Origin: Felis catus
Taxonomy: Eukaryota
Length of the DNA: 64,000 nt
Direction of reading: 5' to 3'
Assembly: GCF_018350175.1 (NCBI RefSeq)
Contig: NC_058370.1
Span: 127,968,001-128,032,000, forward strand
The notes under the pieces are model-generated. The model was not told the origin of the DNA and ran no database searches. It was given only the letters and a program-made list of their open reading frames with translations. Every line of letters starts with the position of its first letter. Positions within the stretch are counted from its first letter, which is position 1. The position numbers were made by a program, and so were the translations under genes. This document shows, piece by piece, positions 12,140 through 24,149 of the stretch.

Positions 12140-12590
12140 CTCAAGCCCCATTCATCCACCTCTTCCCGGAGAAACTGCTAGAACTATCTCTTAACTAACC
12201 TCCCATTACCACTGAGCCTCTCCCCCACATATTCTCTCACCAAGATAATGTAGCCTTTTTCAAACGCAGATCACATCAGGTACCTCTCCTGCTTAAAATC
12301 CTTCTGTGATTCTCCATTACCCCTGAGATATGAGCCAACACCTTCCACCCAATCTCCAAACCAGGGCACCACATTTCATGCCTCTGGGAGAGGCTGTCCA
12401 CACCAGGGATCCCCCAGAGGAGGCCAGTACCCTGCTTATGAGGCCTCCACATTATGCATTTTCATACCTTCCACCTCTGCCCGTCTTCTCTCCAGCTCCT
12501 GGGCCTCTGCACATGCTTTTCCGTCTTCTGGACACAACCTTCCTTCCTCTCTTCCCCTGCTACCTCCTATCCATTTTCCACTCCTCGCCA
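12140..12590 (+). mobile_element. L2 LINE fragment
   Basis: ctcctgcttaaaatccttctgtgattctccattacc...gggcctctgcacatgct. Confidence 0.75.
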
Positions 12591-12639
12591 TTGCCACCTT
12601 TTCAAGAAGGTAAATTTGGTAAACCCAATGTGGTTTACC

Positions 12640-12900
12640 TGAATCAACCAGGGTCCAGCCAGGGCCTAGAAGCCATCATGAGTCATTCCAGACAGATGGG
12701 ATTTAATACAGGGGATTTGTTACATAGGGGTTGAGAGGCTGAAAAGGCTTTTGAGAATTGATGCTGAGTTAGCCCAGAGAGTCATGACTTTGGAGAGCCA
12801 TTTCTAGCCCCATCATGAGGAGAGGAAAAGGGAAGGGGTGGAGTTACAAGGATCTAGAAGTTCAGAGGCGGGGCCTTTGGGGCTAGTGTTCTGAACACCG
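12640..12900. mobile_element. Ancient LTR relic (MamGypLTR/LTR78/LTR85-like)
   Basis: cagggtccagccagg...gggatttaatacaggggatttgttacatagg motif recalled from these families. Confidence 0.4.
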
Positions 12901-14024
12901 CATGTCGGGGGGGGGGGAACCTCTGAGAGGGTGCCCCAATTGTGGATCTATTGACCTTCGCATTTGACTAGGGCTCTATGAAGTTTGGCCCAAACCATCC
13001 CACAGCCCAGAGCCTGGTGCCAACGTCACCAGTTGGCACTTGGTAAGTGTTGATGGGCCGATCGAATAGGACGGGCAAGAGCTCTCGGAGCCTCAGCTCC
13101 CACAGCTGCAAAGTGGAGCTGAATTCCTCTCCACAGAATTTTCGTGATGATTACCAAGATGATGGACGTGAGTGGCCCACGAGCTGTTTGGACTCGGGTC
13201 GTGACGGAACGTGAGAGCCCTCCATGGACAATGTCTGGCTTCACCAGGAGCCATATTCTGAGCTTGTTTTTAATAGCGTGTGAGGATGTTGAGGAAAGAG
13301 TACAAAGCCCACTTACTGCCTATCTTCCCCTAAAGAATTTCAAAAGCTCCTTCTGCCTATTTTTGTCCTGTGGTGCTTGAGTGACTATGTGGGTTATCAC
13401 CTGTGACAAACATTTTTATGTGAGTGTTGACGTTTCTGGTGTTTCCAGATAGGCCAACATCACCTACGGAGCCTTGTGGAAAGAAGTCAGCAAACGTTCC
13501 AACCTCAGGGTGTTAGGGGTGGAGACAGCACACAGAGAGAGGAAGATTCGGGTCCGGAACTCTTAGCTGGTGTCCACAAAACTATGAACACAGTGAACTC
13601 CTTCCAACCTCTCTGTGAAGCCCACCGGGCAATTTGTGTCACAGAACATCTCAGAAATGAGAGCATTTGCACACACTGAGCCACCTGATCAAAGATGTGT
13701 CTGAACATGCCCTGTGGGTGCGGAATTCCTCAGGAGCCAGTTCAAGAGGCTGTCTGTCACCTTGTCATCTTCCTAGTGAAAAACAGGCCCCCGGACCAGA
13801 GAGTCAGGAGACTTGGGTTCTGGTCTTCTCTTATTGGCTACCTCTGTGAGTTCGGCTGAATTCCTTTTCCTGCCTTTGTCTTGATTGGTTCTCAATTTGG
13901 GCTATGCATCTGAATCATCTGGGTCACTTACTTCTGGAGATCTGATGTAATTGGGTTGGAGTGGGGCCCAGATATTATATGGTTTCAAAACTTTTGTGCC
14001 TCCGGGGACAAAAACCACTGTTGC

Positions 14025-14203
14025 AACACATTTCAGCGTTCATCAGAAGCACCGGGAAAGATCGTTAAAACACAAGCTGCTCGGCCACACCGCTGGAGTT
14101 TCTGAGTCCGTGGGTCTGTGTGAAGTCTGGGAATCCACATTCCTAACAGGTTCCCAGGTGCTGCGGATGCTGTGGGTCGAGGACCACATTTTGAGAAGCT
14201 CTG
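14025..14203 (+). mobile_element. MER5A (hAT-Charlie MITE)
   Basis: catcagaagcaccgggaaagatcgttaaaacaca...cattcctaacaggttcccaggtgctgcggatgctg...gaccacattttgagaagc. Confidence 0.85.
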
Positions 14204-14210
14204 CTCTAGA

Positions 14211-14420
14211 CCAGTGGTCTCAGTGATAAGCTATTTTGCCCTCTAGGGGACATTTGGAGGATGTCTGGAGATTGTTCTGCTTTTCACATCTTGGGGGAGG
14301 GGCGTGCTACTGGCTTCTAGTGGGTAAAAGCCAGGGGTGCCCCTAAACATCCTATAATGCACAGACCATTTCCCCAAATCGAAGAATTATCTGGTCCAAA
14401 AGGTCAATAGTGTCAGTGCC
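14211..14420 (+). mobile_element. MER20 (hAT-Charlie MITE)
   Basis: cagtggtctca...ggggacatttgg...tgctactggcttctagtgggtaaaagccaggggtgcccctaaacatcctataatgcacag...gaattatctggtccaaaaggtcaatagtg. Confidence 0.85.
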
Positions 14421-14424
14421 TCTG

Positions 14425-14550
14425 CAATTTTATGTGCCAATAAATCACCTGCAGTTGTGTTAGAATGCAGATTCTGATAGAGTTGGTCTAGGGAGAACCC
14501 CAAGAATTTGTATTTCTATAAACTCCTAGGTAATGCCCAAACTGCCAATA
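14425..14550 (+). mobile_element. MER5-family MITE fragment (another at ~13885-13990)
   Basis: aatcacctg...gttagaatgcagattctgatagagttggtctaggg...gaatttgtatttctataaactcctaggtaatgc. Confidence 0.7.
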
Positions 14551-15699
14551 TTCCATAGCTTGGGTTCCTTCAGCTCTATAAACACACCTTCCAACGCCCG
14601 CCAACAACCTGGGATACACAAGTAAACTCTATTCTTCACCACCATAGCCTCTGAGCCTACAACAGTATAACCACTGGCAGAGGAAGCCCTTGGTAAATAG
14701 AAGGACGTAAGACACTCATTATGGGTAAGCTGAGCTGACCTCCCCCAACCCCACTACCACTGGTCAAGGAGCCCTTGAGAGTCAGGATCTTGTCTGGTCC
14801 TTCTTGGTTCTTCTAAAGCTGGGCACAGAGCTTGGCACAGATTAGGAACTCTGTATACATCTTCTGTACAAGATTGGACAGACACAGTAAGCTAACGTTC
14901 TTGTCATGGTAGTTGATCACTTTCCAAGCCTGTCGCAAATGATCCCTCCTTCAAAACCAACCCTCTTCCTGGGCTCAGCGGCTTTCTTTTGCAAGACACT
15001 TCCACTTGCACAATGTCATCTGATCCTCAACACAAAGTTACGAGGAGAGCAGGCTCCAGCTGCACTCACAGATGAAAAGACCTAGGTGCAGAAAGGTGTA
15101 GAACCTGGACTAAAATGAGTCCAGCAGCCTGGCTATGCCACGTCAGGCCACCCCCTTATCACCCAAGGTGACGACTGTCTTCTTCAGTCCTTCTCCACTC
15201 TCCTGAGCCCTGCCCTGCTCTTCAGGGTGGCCACATCTTCTTCCCTTTCTGGTCCTGCCTCTTCTGCCTTTTGGTTCCTCCCCCACTAAATACCAACAGC
15301 CATTTCCTCTGCCTAACTGGCTTCTCTTTTAGCCTTCCTGCCTGGGACTGCCTGGGATGGCTGAGGGCTTCCTGAAATGTCAACTTGTGGGTCACTTCAA
15401 CTGATGGAGAAAGTCAAGGTCCTGCCTTATTTCCTGCCCTCTTTCCACCAACCCCACTAACCACATTGGGTGCCGCCATTGGGGAAGCTCCAGCCTACAT
15501 AGTACCATATCTGGGATTTTTTTTTTTCATTATAAACCAGGTATGTGGATGGCATCTGCTTTGTGTTGGCCCTATGGTAGTCAATGGAGACAGAGAGATT
15601 TATAATCCAGTCCTTCCCCTCAGGTGGTCTTGGGAAAGGGGTTTGGATTCAGATAGATTTCCACCCAAATGCCGACTCTTGGTTCTCCAACCACTGGCT

Positions 15700-16270
15700 G
15701 CTCCTACTCTGTGTCTTGCTGCTTTCTCCTTACTTCTCCTGACTGCCCGATGCCCAAGAGCCTGCGCTCCAGTCTCTGGCTTTCTCTTTTCCTTGTACGC
15801 TTACTCCATAGGTGATCTGATCCCCTCCCCACCGATGCCGTACCGATTTACATCTAAAGCACCAAACTCTCCTGTGAACTCAGACTAATATGCTCAACAC
15901 GTGTTTAATATCACCACTTCGATGTCTAACAGGAAAAAAAAAATACGTACATGTGTCCAAAGCTACATTCTTCATTGCTTCCCACCCCCAGAGTGTGCCC
16001 CGCCCAATTCTTTTCATCTCCATTAGTGCCAACTTCCTTCCATCTTTGGAGAAATCCTTGTCACCTCTCCCTCGCTCACAAGCCTCATTCAGACTTGCTC
16101 TATGCCTATAAAATGTGTGTTCACTTCTACCCCCTGCCCCTCATTTCGCCTGGCCCAGGCCACAGGGTCTCTCACCCAGACAATTGCATGAGCCTCCTCA
16201 CTGGTCTCCTTGCCTCCATCCTTACCCTACGGCAGACTTTCCTCACAAAAGAGGCTGTAATTCTTTATCA
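15700..16270 (+). mobile_element. L2 LINE fragment
   Basis: actccataggtgatctgatc...tcaccacttcgatgtctaacagg...agcctcctcactggtctccttgcctcc. Confidence 0.8.
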
Positions 16271-16271
16271 T

Positions 16272-16490
16272 GTGTAGTGAACTGAATGGTCACCTCAAAA
16301 AAAAAAAAAAAAAACAAAGACATGTCTATGTCCGGATCCTCAGTCTCTGTGAAGGTAAACTTATGCCCTTAAACCCAATGACAAGAGTCCTTAGAAGACA
16401 CAGAACAGAAGACACAGAGGAGAAGGTGGTTTGAAGATTGAGGCACAGAGAAGAGTGGTGTGGCCACAAGCCAAGGAGTGCCAGAAAATG
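16272..16490 (+). mobile_element. MLT1 (ERVL-MaLR) LTR, partial, MLT1C-like
   Basis: tgtagtgaactgaatggtcacc...ccttaaacccaatgacaagagtcctt...gccacaagccaaggagtgcc. Confidence 0.8.
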
Positions 16491-16574
16491 TCTGCGGGGC
16501 GGATGCCCCTGGCCATCCGTGAGAAGACGTGCACATCACTCAGCGTCTTCCCGCTCCTGTGACACGACGGGAAC

Positions 16575-16790
16575 CAAGCAGAAGCAGGAGGAGCACATAT
16601 AAAAGCAAAGAAGTCCGAGAGGGCCAGCCGGGTGTGAGCGATGGCAAAGAACTCCATGTGCCTGGAGCATAGGGCGCAAATGGTGAGCAGAGAGGTAGAG
16701 AGAAGCCCAAGAGAGAGGCAGGGGGCCTGCCGGAGAGGAAGCTTGCACAGGTTCTGAGTACATTAGGTTTCTATCAAGGACTTGGAATTC
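16575..16790 (-). mobile_element. L2 fragment
   Basis: Minus strand ggccccctgcctctctc...tatgctccaggcacatggagttcttt matches the L2 3' region. Confidence 0.6.
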
Positions 16791-17310
16791 CCTCATTATC
16801 TTGAAAAATATGTTCCGGGGGAAGGGAGGGGGAAATCACTTTATTTGAGGAGAAAAAAAAAAAAAGGAAGCTTAAGAAAACTTTTTGATGTCAAGAGTGT
16901 AGAAAACGTTCCTAGTCGTCTTGGGCTCCAGGGCAACTCCCTCAGTTTGCAGGCTTGAAATTTGAGGCCCAGAGAAGGAAGGATCAAGACCAAGGACAAG
17001 GCCATGTAAGAAGCTACGGAGAGAGCCCCTATCAGCTGACTCCCAGTCCAAAATTCCTTTCCACTCTAGGTGATAATCTCTGAAAGGCAGGAAATATCTG
17101 ACACAGGGGATTAAAAAAAAAAAAAACAACAATGAGAATTGTCTGCTGTTCAGATCTAGGACAGGATGGCCCCTCTTCAGAGCCTCGTCAGTCCCCCAGC
17201 CCCGGGCTGAGTGGGGAATTGTGTGGTGGGATTGACGCCTCGCTCCTCTGAGTTCTCAGGCCTCACGTGGTACAGTGCAGGTATCTGCCTGTCTCTACCG
17301 ACCCACCCCT

Positions 17311-18250
17311 CAATTTCATTTTAATCTACTGTATTGAGGTATAATCATGCACAATAAACTGCTAATGTATAATGGGCACAGTTCAACTACTTTGAATGTT
17401 CAATGACTTTGATTTTGCACCTGCCATAATCAAGATACAGAATATTTTCATCATCCCTTGAAATTTCCTCTTGCTTCCTTTGCAATCCATCCCTCCCTTC
17501 ACTCCTGGTCATAGAAAACTGCTGATTGGATTTTTGTCACTATAAATTAATTTACATTTTCTAGAGTTTTATGTAGATGACATCCTACAGGTGCTTTTTT
17601 GCCTGACATTTTTTATTCAGCATAATTGTTTTGAGATTCACCCAAGCTGTTGTGTCGATCGGTAGTTTATTTCTTTTTATTGTGGGGAAGCATTCTATTG
17701 TATGGATATACCACTGTTTGTTTTTCATTCCCTTATTGATGGCTATTTGGATTGTTTCCAACTGTCAGCTATTACAATCAAAGCTGTTGTCAACATCTGA
17801 ATATAAGTGTTTTTGTAGACATGTTTTCATTTCTCTTGGGTAAAGACCTGCAAGTGGATGTATGGTATGTTTAACTTTTTGGAAAACTGCTCACCTATTT
17901 TCCACAATATCACACAACTTTAATTTCCCACCAGGGGTGTCTGAGCATTCCACGCCCTCACCAACATTTGTTATTGTCAGTCTTTTTCATTTTTATCCAA
18001 CATGGAGTGTGTGGAGAGGTATCTCCCTGTATTTCATTTTCAATTTCCTGATGGCTAATGATGTTAAACACCTAGGCATGTGTTTTTTCTTGAAATCTCT
18101 TCTTTTGTGAAGCATTTCCTCAAACCTTTTGTCCATTTTTTTGTTGTCTCATTTTCTGGTTATAAGAGTTCATTATATATTCCAGATTCAATCTTGAGGT
18201 ACTAGAGGTTTGCAAACGTTCCTTCCTGTTCTGAGATTTGCATTTTTTTT
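17311..18250 (-). mobile_element. Old L1 (L1ME/MD-type) 3' end and ORF2 tail
   Basis: tattgaggtataat...tttgagattcacccaagctgttgtg...ttcatttctcttgggtaaa...tttcctgatggctaatgatgtt. Confidence 0.9.
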
Positions 18251-18419
18251 TTTTTGCATTTGTTTTTCTGGATTTAGAACAGTGTCTAACTCATAGAAGG
18301 TGCTCAGCAAAATGTACTGAATAGAGTCGTGAATCCAAATGTTGTTGTCTAAAATCATTGTGAACCCCTTTTCATCAGACAAGGGTAAGAAGACCTCTCG
18401 ATCACACTCCTGATTACAC

Positions 18420-18630
18420 CAGATTAGAAAGCAGACAGCCTTGACCTTACACCTCAGTATTAACACTTTCTCGCTGCATGACCTTGAACTGGGTACTTCA
18501 GGTCCCTGACCCTCAATTTCTTCTCCTGGATAGAGAGGACAAAAAAACTTGTATATAGGATGATATCAGGATTACAACATACAATATGTAATACATGTAA
18601 AGACCCAGCATATCTCATGCTGTCAGTGAG
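18420..18630 (+). mobile_element. MIR relic
   Basis: gctgcatgaccttgaactgggtacttc...ctcaatttcttctcctg. Confidence 0.65.
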
Positions 18631-19179
18631 TCATTGGAACTCAAATGACCAGATTCAGTCAATGTGACCCAACAGTGGAGCTGGCCTCTGGTTTACCTCC
18701 CAAGAATGATACGTTTAATTGTTCCTAAGAGTAATCAGGGTGTTTTGATGGGATTGAATGGGATAATCAGTTCTGATAAATTGATTGTATTTATTGGCAA
18801 AGAGCTATCAACGGTTCATGCTTCCTAAACACAATCCCCACTCTCTTTTCACTAATATGCATTAATCACACAAGCTCCCAGATCGAGGGAACAAATTCCA
18901 GAGAAACCTCAATCAGAACTGAGGAGCTTAGTAAACGATACCAGTGTAGAGATCAACACCTGAGTGGAACCACAGAATCTCCCCCATTGTGTATGGGGCG
19001 GCATGCATTTTTTGGCCTGGTATTCATATCCATTCATAAGCCGGTTCCAACAAAGTGGTCAAGCTTCCTTCCCTCCCCACTCAAGGCCCACCTTCCCTCT
19101 ACCCTCACACAAAGATAATTTTTGATCCAGCTACAGCACTAAGGCCATTATGATTTCTGTGCTTCTATGCCTGCTGTTC

Positions 19180-19540
19180 TCACTGTTCACTGCCAGGCAT
19201 CTACACCCTTTGCAAATACATCTGCCTGGCAAACACTTGCTCATCCTTAAAAGACCAAAATCATATGTTCTTTCTTTTGTAAAAACTTGCAAAACTCTCC
19301 ATGGGAAAATTGGTTCCTTCCAACGTATTCTCACAACGCTTAACACAATTTCTATTAGAACACCTCTCCCATTGTTTTGTGACAAACCATTGGATTCTTT
19401 TATCTCCAGCTGACCATAGAATCCAGGACAGTCTTAGTCTTATTCTATGTCTCAGTATTCCTAGTACCTCACTCCATCTCTGGAACATAGCAGACACGTG
19501 GTGAATTTTTTGAAAGAATGAATAAACAAACGAATGGCAA
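19180..19540 (+). mobile_element. L2 3' end
   Basis: tctcagtattcctagtacct...tctggaacatagcagacac...ttttttgaaagaatgaataaa. Confidence 0.75.
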
Positions 19541-20044
19541 ATGGATGGATACACAAGTGGGTAAGTAGATAAATGACTATCGCTGTTTGGACTCTCAGCT
19601 TCTTCACTTGCGAAATCTGTACAAGCCCATTCTCTCATCTCAAGCCATGCCTCATATCTGATATTTGGTGGCCATCTGTTTTGGGAGTCCCATTACCTTA
19701 GAAGAGCCATTGATTTTCCTTCCTTTGCATGGACTCTCAGCCCCATGGCAATTGGGACTCATAAGAGAGACAAAAGGGAGAGGGGCAAGACAGTGTGTAA
19801 ATAACTCAACAGAGACATTCAAGTCATAAGAAGTGTGCGTATCTCCAAACGTTTCCTAACTTCTCGTGAATAATCCCCGTGTTTCCAATAGGAAACGTGG
19901 TTATCTGTTTCAATGGGAACCCCTTTTCTGTTCACAGAATGTTAAGTGGTTGAAATCCCCTCCTTATTTCCCAATCTTGACCCCTAAGTCTGAGCTTCTG
20001 GAAGGATGCTGATATATTTATATCTGTACTCCTGTTGGGGGTTA

Positions 20045-20250
20045 GGAAGCAGCATGGTGGAAAGGAAAAGATTCCACATTTAGAATCCATGGGCTGAACT
20101 AGAGTCTCTGCCCTGCCACTTAGCCACTGGGCAAGGCCATAACCTGTCTTGGCCTTAGTTTTCTTATCTGAAAATGGAGGTGAAAACAGGACTGTAATAA
20201 TCGAAGGGTAGGCAATCTATACAAAGATCTCACTTAAACTATAGCAAAGT
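20045..20250 (+). mobile_element. MIR relic
   Basis: gaagcagcatggtggaaaggaaaag...ctgccacttagccactgggcaag...ccttagttttcttatctgaaaatgg. Confidence 0.75.
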
Positions 20251-20747
20251 TGTGCTTGATGAGTTTCTTCTTTCTTTCTCTTCTTCTGCACTCCCCATGC
20301 CCCCATATCACTTCTTTATCCAGAATATCCTCCTTTCACCTCCGATTTCTGTCTCTGTACTCCTTACAGCTTGACGCCTTTTATCTATCCAAGTGGGGGA
20401 CCTTGAATAGCTGCAGCCAAGGACAGGGGAGGTCTAGAGGGGTGGTGGGAGGGCTCTTAGAACAGCAGATCTGGCTAAGAAACTGTTCATACACATCTGG
20501 GCTTGCTGGCTCCTGGAAGTGAGCAGAGCAAACACCTGAACACAAAAGCAAGGGTCACAGCTTTCAGAAAGGGGAAGAGGGCAGGTCTTCAATCCTTGGT
20601 AAGATATGAAGAGTGTGGTTGTTTTGTATTGCTTTATTTTCTTGTTTGTTTTTAATATATATGTAAACTACCTACCACAATGTAGGTAATCAATAAATCT
20701 GTAGTTGCTGATCATTGACATCATAATAACGTGGAAAACACAGTCAT

Positions 20748-21150
20748 TGATTAGTTTCTTATTCTTGCTGTAACAAATGATCACACTTGGTGGCTTAAAA
20801 AAAACACACAAATTGATTATCATACAGTTCTGGAGGTCAGAGGCTCAAAATGGGTCCATAGGGTTCCATTCTTTCTGGAAGGAGAACTCATCTCCTATTG
20901 TTTCCAGCTGCCCACGTTCCTTGGCTCATGGCCTTGCATCACTGTGACCTCTGTTTCTGTCATCCTATCTTTTAATTTGACTCTGGCTCTCCCGCCTAGC
21001 TCTTATGCTATCCCTTGTGATTACACTGGGCCCAGCAGGATCATCTAGAATAATCTCTCTGGCTTAATCGCATAGGCAAAGTCCCTTCTGCCACATAAGG
21101 TAGCATATTCACAGTTCCTGGGAGTTAGGGCGTGGACGTCATTGGGGGCC
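20748..21150 (-). mobile_element. MLT1 (MaLR) LTR
   Basis: attagtttcttattcttgctgtaacaaat...acagttctggaggtcaga...ccttgtgattacactgggccca...attcacagttcctgggagttagggcgtggacgtcattggggg. Confidence 0.9.
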
Positions 21151-21154
21151 AGAC

Positions 21155-22335
21155 TCACAAGGCACCAGGGAACCAACTCATTATTAAGAAAATTGGCAAC
21201 TAAGGATGAAGTATTTATCCTGTCTTTCCTCTACAAACTGTACCTCAGAGTAGTCCCATAGTTGAGGACAGAAAGTCTCTTTTTAAGGAAGTTGTCCAGC
21301 AAACAAATTATGAAAGAAAGGGCAGACGAGAACATCGCCACCAGTGAACTGACGGCCCTGGGCACTGAGCATCAGTGACCGCCAGAGCCACTCACTTGGT
21401 AAACTAACTTTATAACGACTTAGTCACCTAGGTACACTGACTAAGTTGAACATTATGGAAGGAGAGATGGTGGAAGTCTACAACATTACTTTTGAGGTGT
21501 CCTTTCCAAAAAGTCCAACCTGTATCTGATAAGGCCCCCAGATCTAACCATCAGAGTATACGTATTAAGGGGAAGAGCGGAAGACATTAAAGCAGTAAAA
21601 TACAGAATGAGGGAAATTTACAGCACATGTTCCCAATTTCTTTCACAAATAGATTGCAAAGAAAACGAAAACACAGAGAGGACAGCCAAAAGGTTAAGGG
21701 GCTTAACAGGCACATCAAACCAGTGAAATGGGTGCATCTTGTTTGAATTCATGTTGAGCAAACCTAGCATAAAAATTATCAACGAGATGGGGCGCCCAGG
21801 TGGCTCAGTCAGTGACGCGTCTGACTTCTGCACAGGTCATGATCTCTCAGTTTATGAGTTCACGCCCCATGTCGGGCTCTGTGCTAACAGCTCAGAGCCC
21901 GGAGCCTGCTTTGGATTCTTTCTGTCTGTCTGTCTGTCTCTCTGTCTCTCTCTCTCTCTGACCCTCCCCCATTCATGCTCTGTCTCTGTCTCAAAAATAA
22001 ATAAACATTAAAAAAAGTTATTGATGAGATAATGAGAGAATTTTGAATGCTGATAAAATACTCAATATTAAGGAATTGTTATTTTTGCAGGGAGGGTGGT
22101 AATGATATTGTGGCTATTTTCTAAACCCCACCTTTTTTAAAGACATACACTGAAATCTCTCCAGAAGAAATGATACAAATGACATGTCTTGGATTTGCTT
22201 CTGAGTCATCCAGTGGGAGAAGGGTGGTTAGATATAGTTAAAACAGGGCTGGCCACAAATTGAGAATTATTGGATTGGGTACATGACATTCATTATTCTC
22301 TTCTATTCTTGTATTAGTTAGAAATTCCCCCCAAT
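21155..22335 (+). mobile_element. L1MC-type 3' UTR interrupted by a Can-SINE
   Basis: aaccaactcattatt...aacctgtatctgataaggcc...aaagacatacactgaaat...ggatttgcttc...gggtacatgacattcattatt. Confidence 0.8.
21789..22016 (+). mobile_element. Felid Can-SINE
   Basis: ggggcgcccaggtggctcagtcag...caggtcatgatctc...ctcagagcccggagcctg, CT tract, A tail. Confidence 0.95.
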
Positions 22336-23344
22336 GACAAATTTGGGGTTTTTTTCCCCCAAATAAATAATATGCACCCAGAATAAAATTACTGGCTGTG
22401 AGTGTTTCCAAGCCATTTAAAATGTATTGTCAAATTGTTTTCCATGAGGTTATAGCAACGTGTAGCCCCAGCTGTGGTGTATAAGAGAACCGAGGACATA
22501 ATATATTTGAGAGAATATATCGTGCTTAAGCAACCATAGGAATGTGTATTTATTTGTCAGCTCTCCATGCCTTTAGGAAAGACAAACGGACTACTCTGGG
22601 ATATTCTGGCCCAGTTGTAACCATATACCTGAAGGCCGTGTACCTGAACGGCGGGGAAACCATCAAGGAATAAATGAAGGGCAGCATGAAAGTCTCGCGA
22701 ACTCAGATTTACACACATCTGAATTACCTTGATGAGGGCTTTCTGTATCATCTCCGACACCACTGCAGACAATCTTTCTGAAGGTCCACCGAGGTACTCG
22801 TCTGATGGGAAAATGTGCAATCGTATCTTCTCAATGAAATCTGATTATCTTCAAGAGATTTCCTCACATAAAGACGGGGGGTAAAAAAAAAAATCAATGC
22901 ACAGGTTCCTCTGCCTAGCATGAAAGAGAATTTTCTGCTATAGGGTAATTCTGAGCTCCTGTAATCTTCCAATTATGTTTGATTGCAGTGCCTCTTTCCT
23001 GTCTCAGTATTAAAGGATGGCCAGCACTTTCCTGCAACCAAAACCGACTTTCAGATGAAGGAGCCACTTATTTCAATAGCTTGTTTATAATCAGCAGCTC
23101 TTTGGGTACGTGGAACATCCTTGCCTCTGAGGAAGAGACCACCCCGGGACTTCTCTCCAGCTCTCAGTCTCCAACAGATGGCAGGTGTTCATGACCTGCT
23201 ATGTGTAGTGTAGGTGGACCTTCCCTCACGTGCAGGGACGCCAAGAATGTGAGCAGTGGTGGCTGCCATCAAGAAGTTCACCATGCCAGTGGGAGAATTA
23301 CACGTCGAGGCATGTGTGTGCAAAGTCACGTAATGATTCCAATC

Positions 23345-23700
23345 ATTCATTCCCAGATGTCAAATGTCAGATACTGCACTGGACGCTGATAGCAAAGTGA
23401 TGAGTATGTCAGAATCCTATAGGGAGGCAGACATAGGAGCAAATGATTTAAATACCAACCGGTGGGTGTAGTGCTCCAGGAATCCACCAAGAAGACTTGC
23501 GGCACAAAGGACAGATTGACTCCGACTCGTTTGGGGGAACTTCCTGGAGGATGAGAAGATTGGGCTATCCCTATGGGTTGGAAGACAGACAAGGAGCAAA
23601 GAAGTGTTCTAGGCAGAAAGAAGAGTGTGTGGAAAGATGTGGAGGCTTGAAAGAGTGTGGAGCTCTGGGAGGAACAATAATTCATGTGGTTTGGATCAAA
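23345..23700 (-). mobile_element. L2 3' region
   Basis: Antisense L2: cagatactgcactggacgctga...gaacttcctggaggatgag...gttctaggcagaaagaagagtgtg. Confidence 0.7.
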
Positions 23701-23712
23701 GATAGGGCATGA

Positions 23713-23910
23713 GGGGCGCCTGGGTGGCTCAGTCGGTTGAGTGTCCAACTTCGGCCCAGGTCATGATCTCATGGTCCGTGGGTTCGAGCCCCGTGTCGGG
23801 CTCTGTGCTGACAGCTCAGAGCCTGGAACCTGCTTCCGATTCTGTGTCTCCCTCTCTCTCTGCCCTTCCCCTGCTCATGCTCTGTCTCTCTCTGTCTCAA
23901 AAATAAATAA
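23713..23910 (+). mobile_element. Felid Can-SINE
   Basis: Intact A box (tggctcagtcgg) and B box (ggttcgagcc); TSD atagggcatgagg / ataggggcatgagg. Confidence 0.97.
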
Positions 23911-24149
23911 TAGGGGCATGAGGAAGGCAGTGAGCAGAGCTAAGAATGGGAAGGTAGAAATGGCCAAGAGTGGCTTTGCCTGCATGCAGAGGCATTGGCT
24001 TTGCTTTGCGGCTGATGCTAAATTATCATGAGAGGTGTGTGGGAGGACGGAGACGCCCAAGGGGGGTGGGGTGCTGACACAGAACTAGCCTCTTGATTGA
24101 TTTGGGAAGGAATCAGGCTGAGGATGTCCCTGGAGCATGCCAAGCCAGG

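Noticed and set aside
15700-16790. Apparent micro-inversion of an L2 around the MLT1 LTR
   Set aside because: The two oppositely oriented L2 pieces look like different subfamilies and no inverted remainder of the LTR is visible; independent insertions are simpler.
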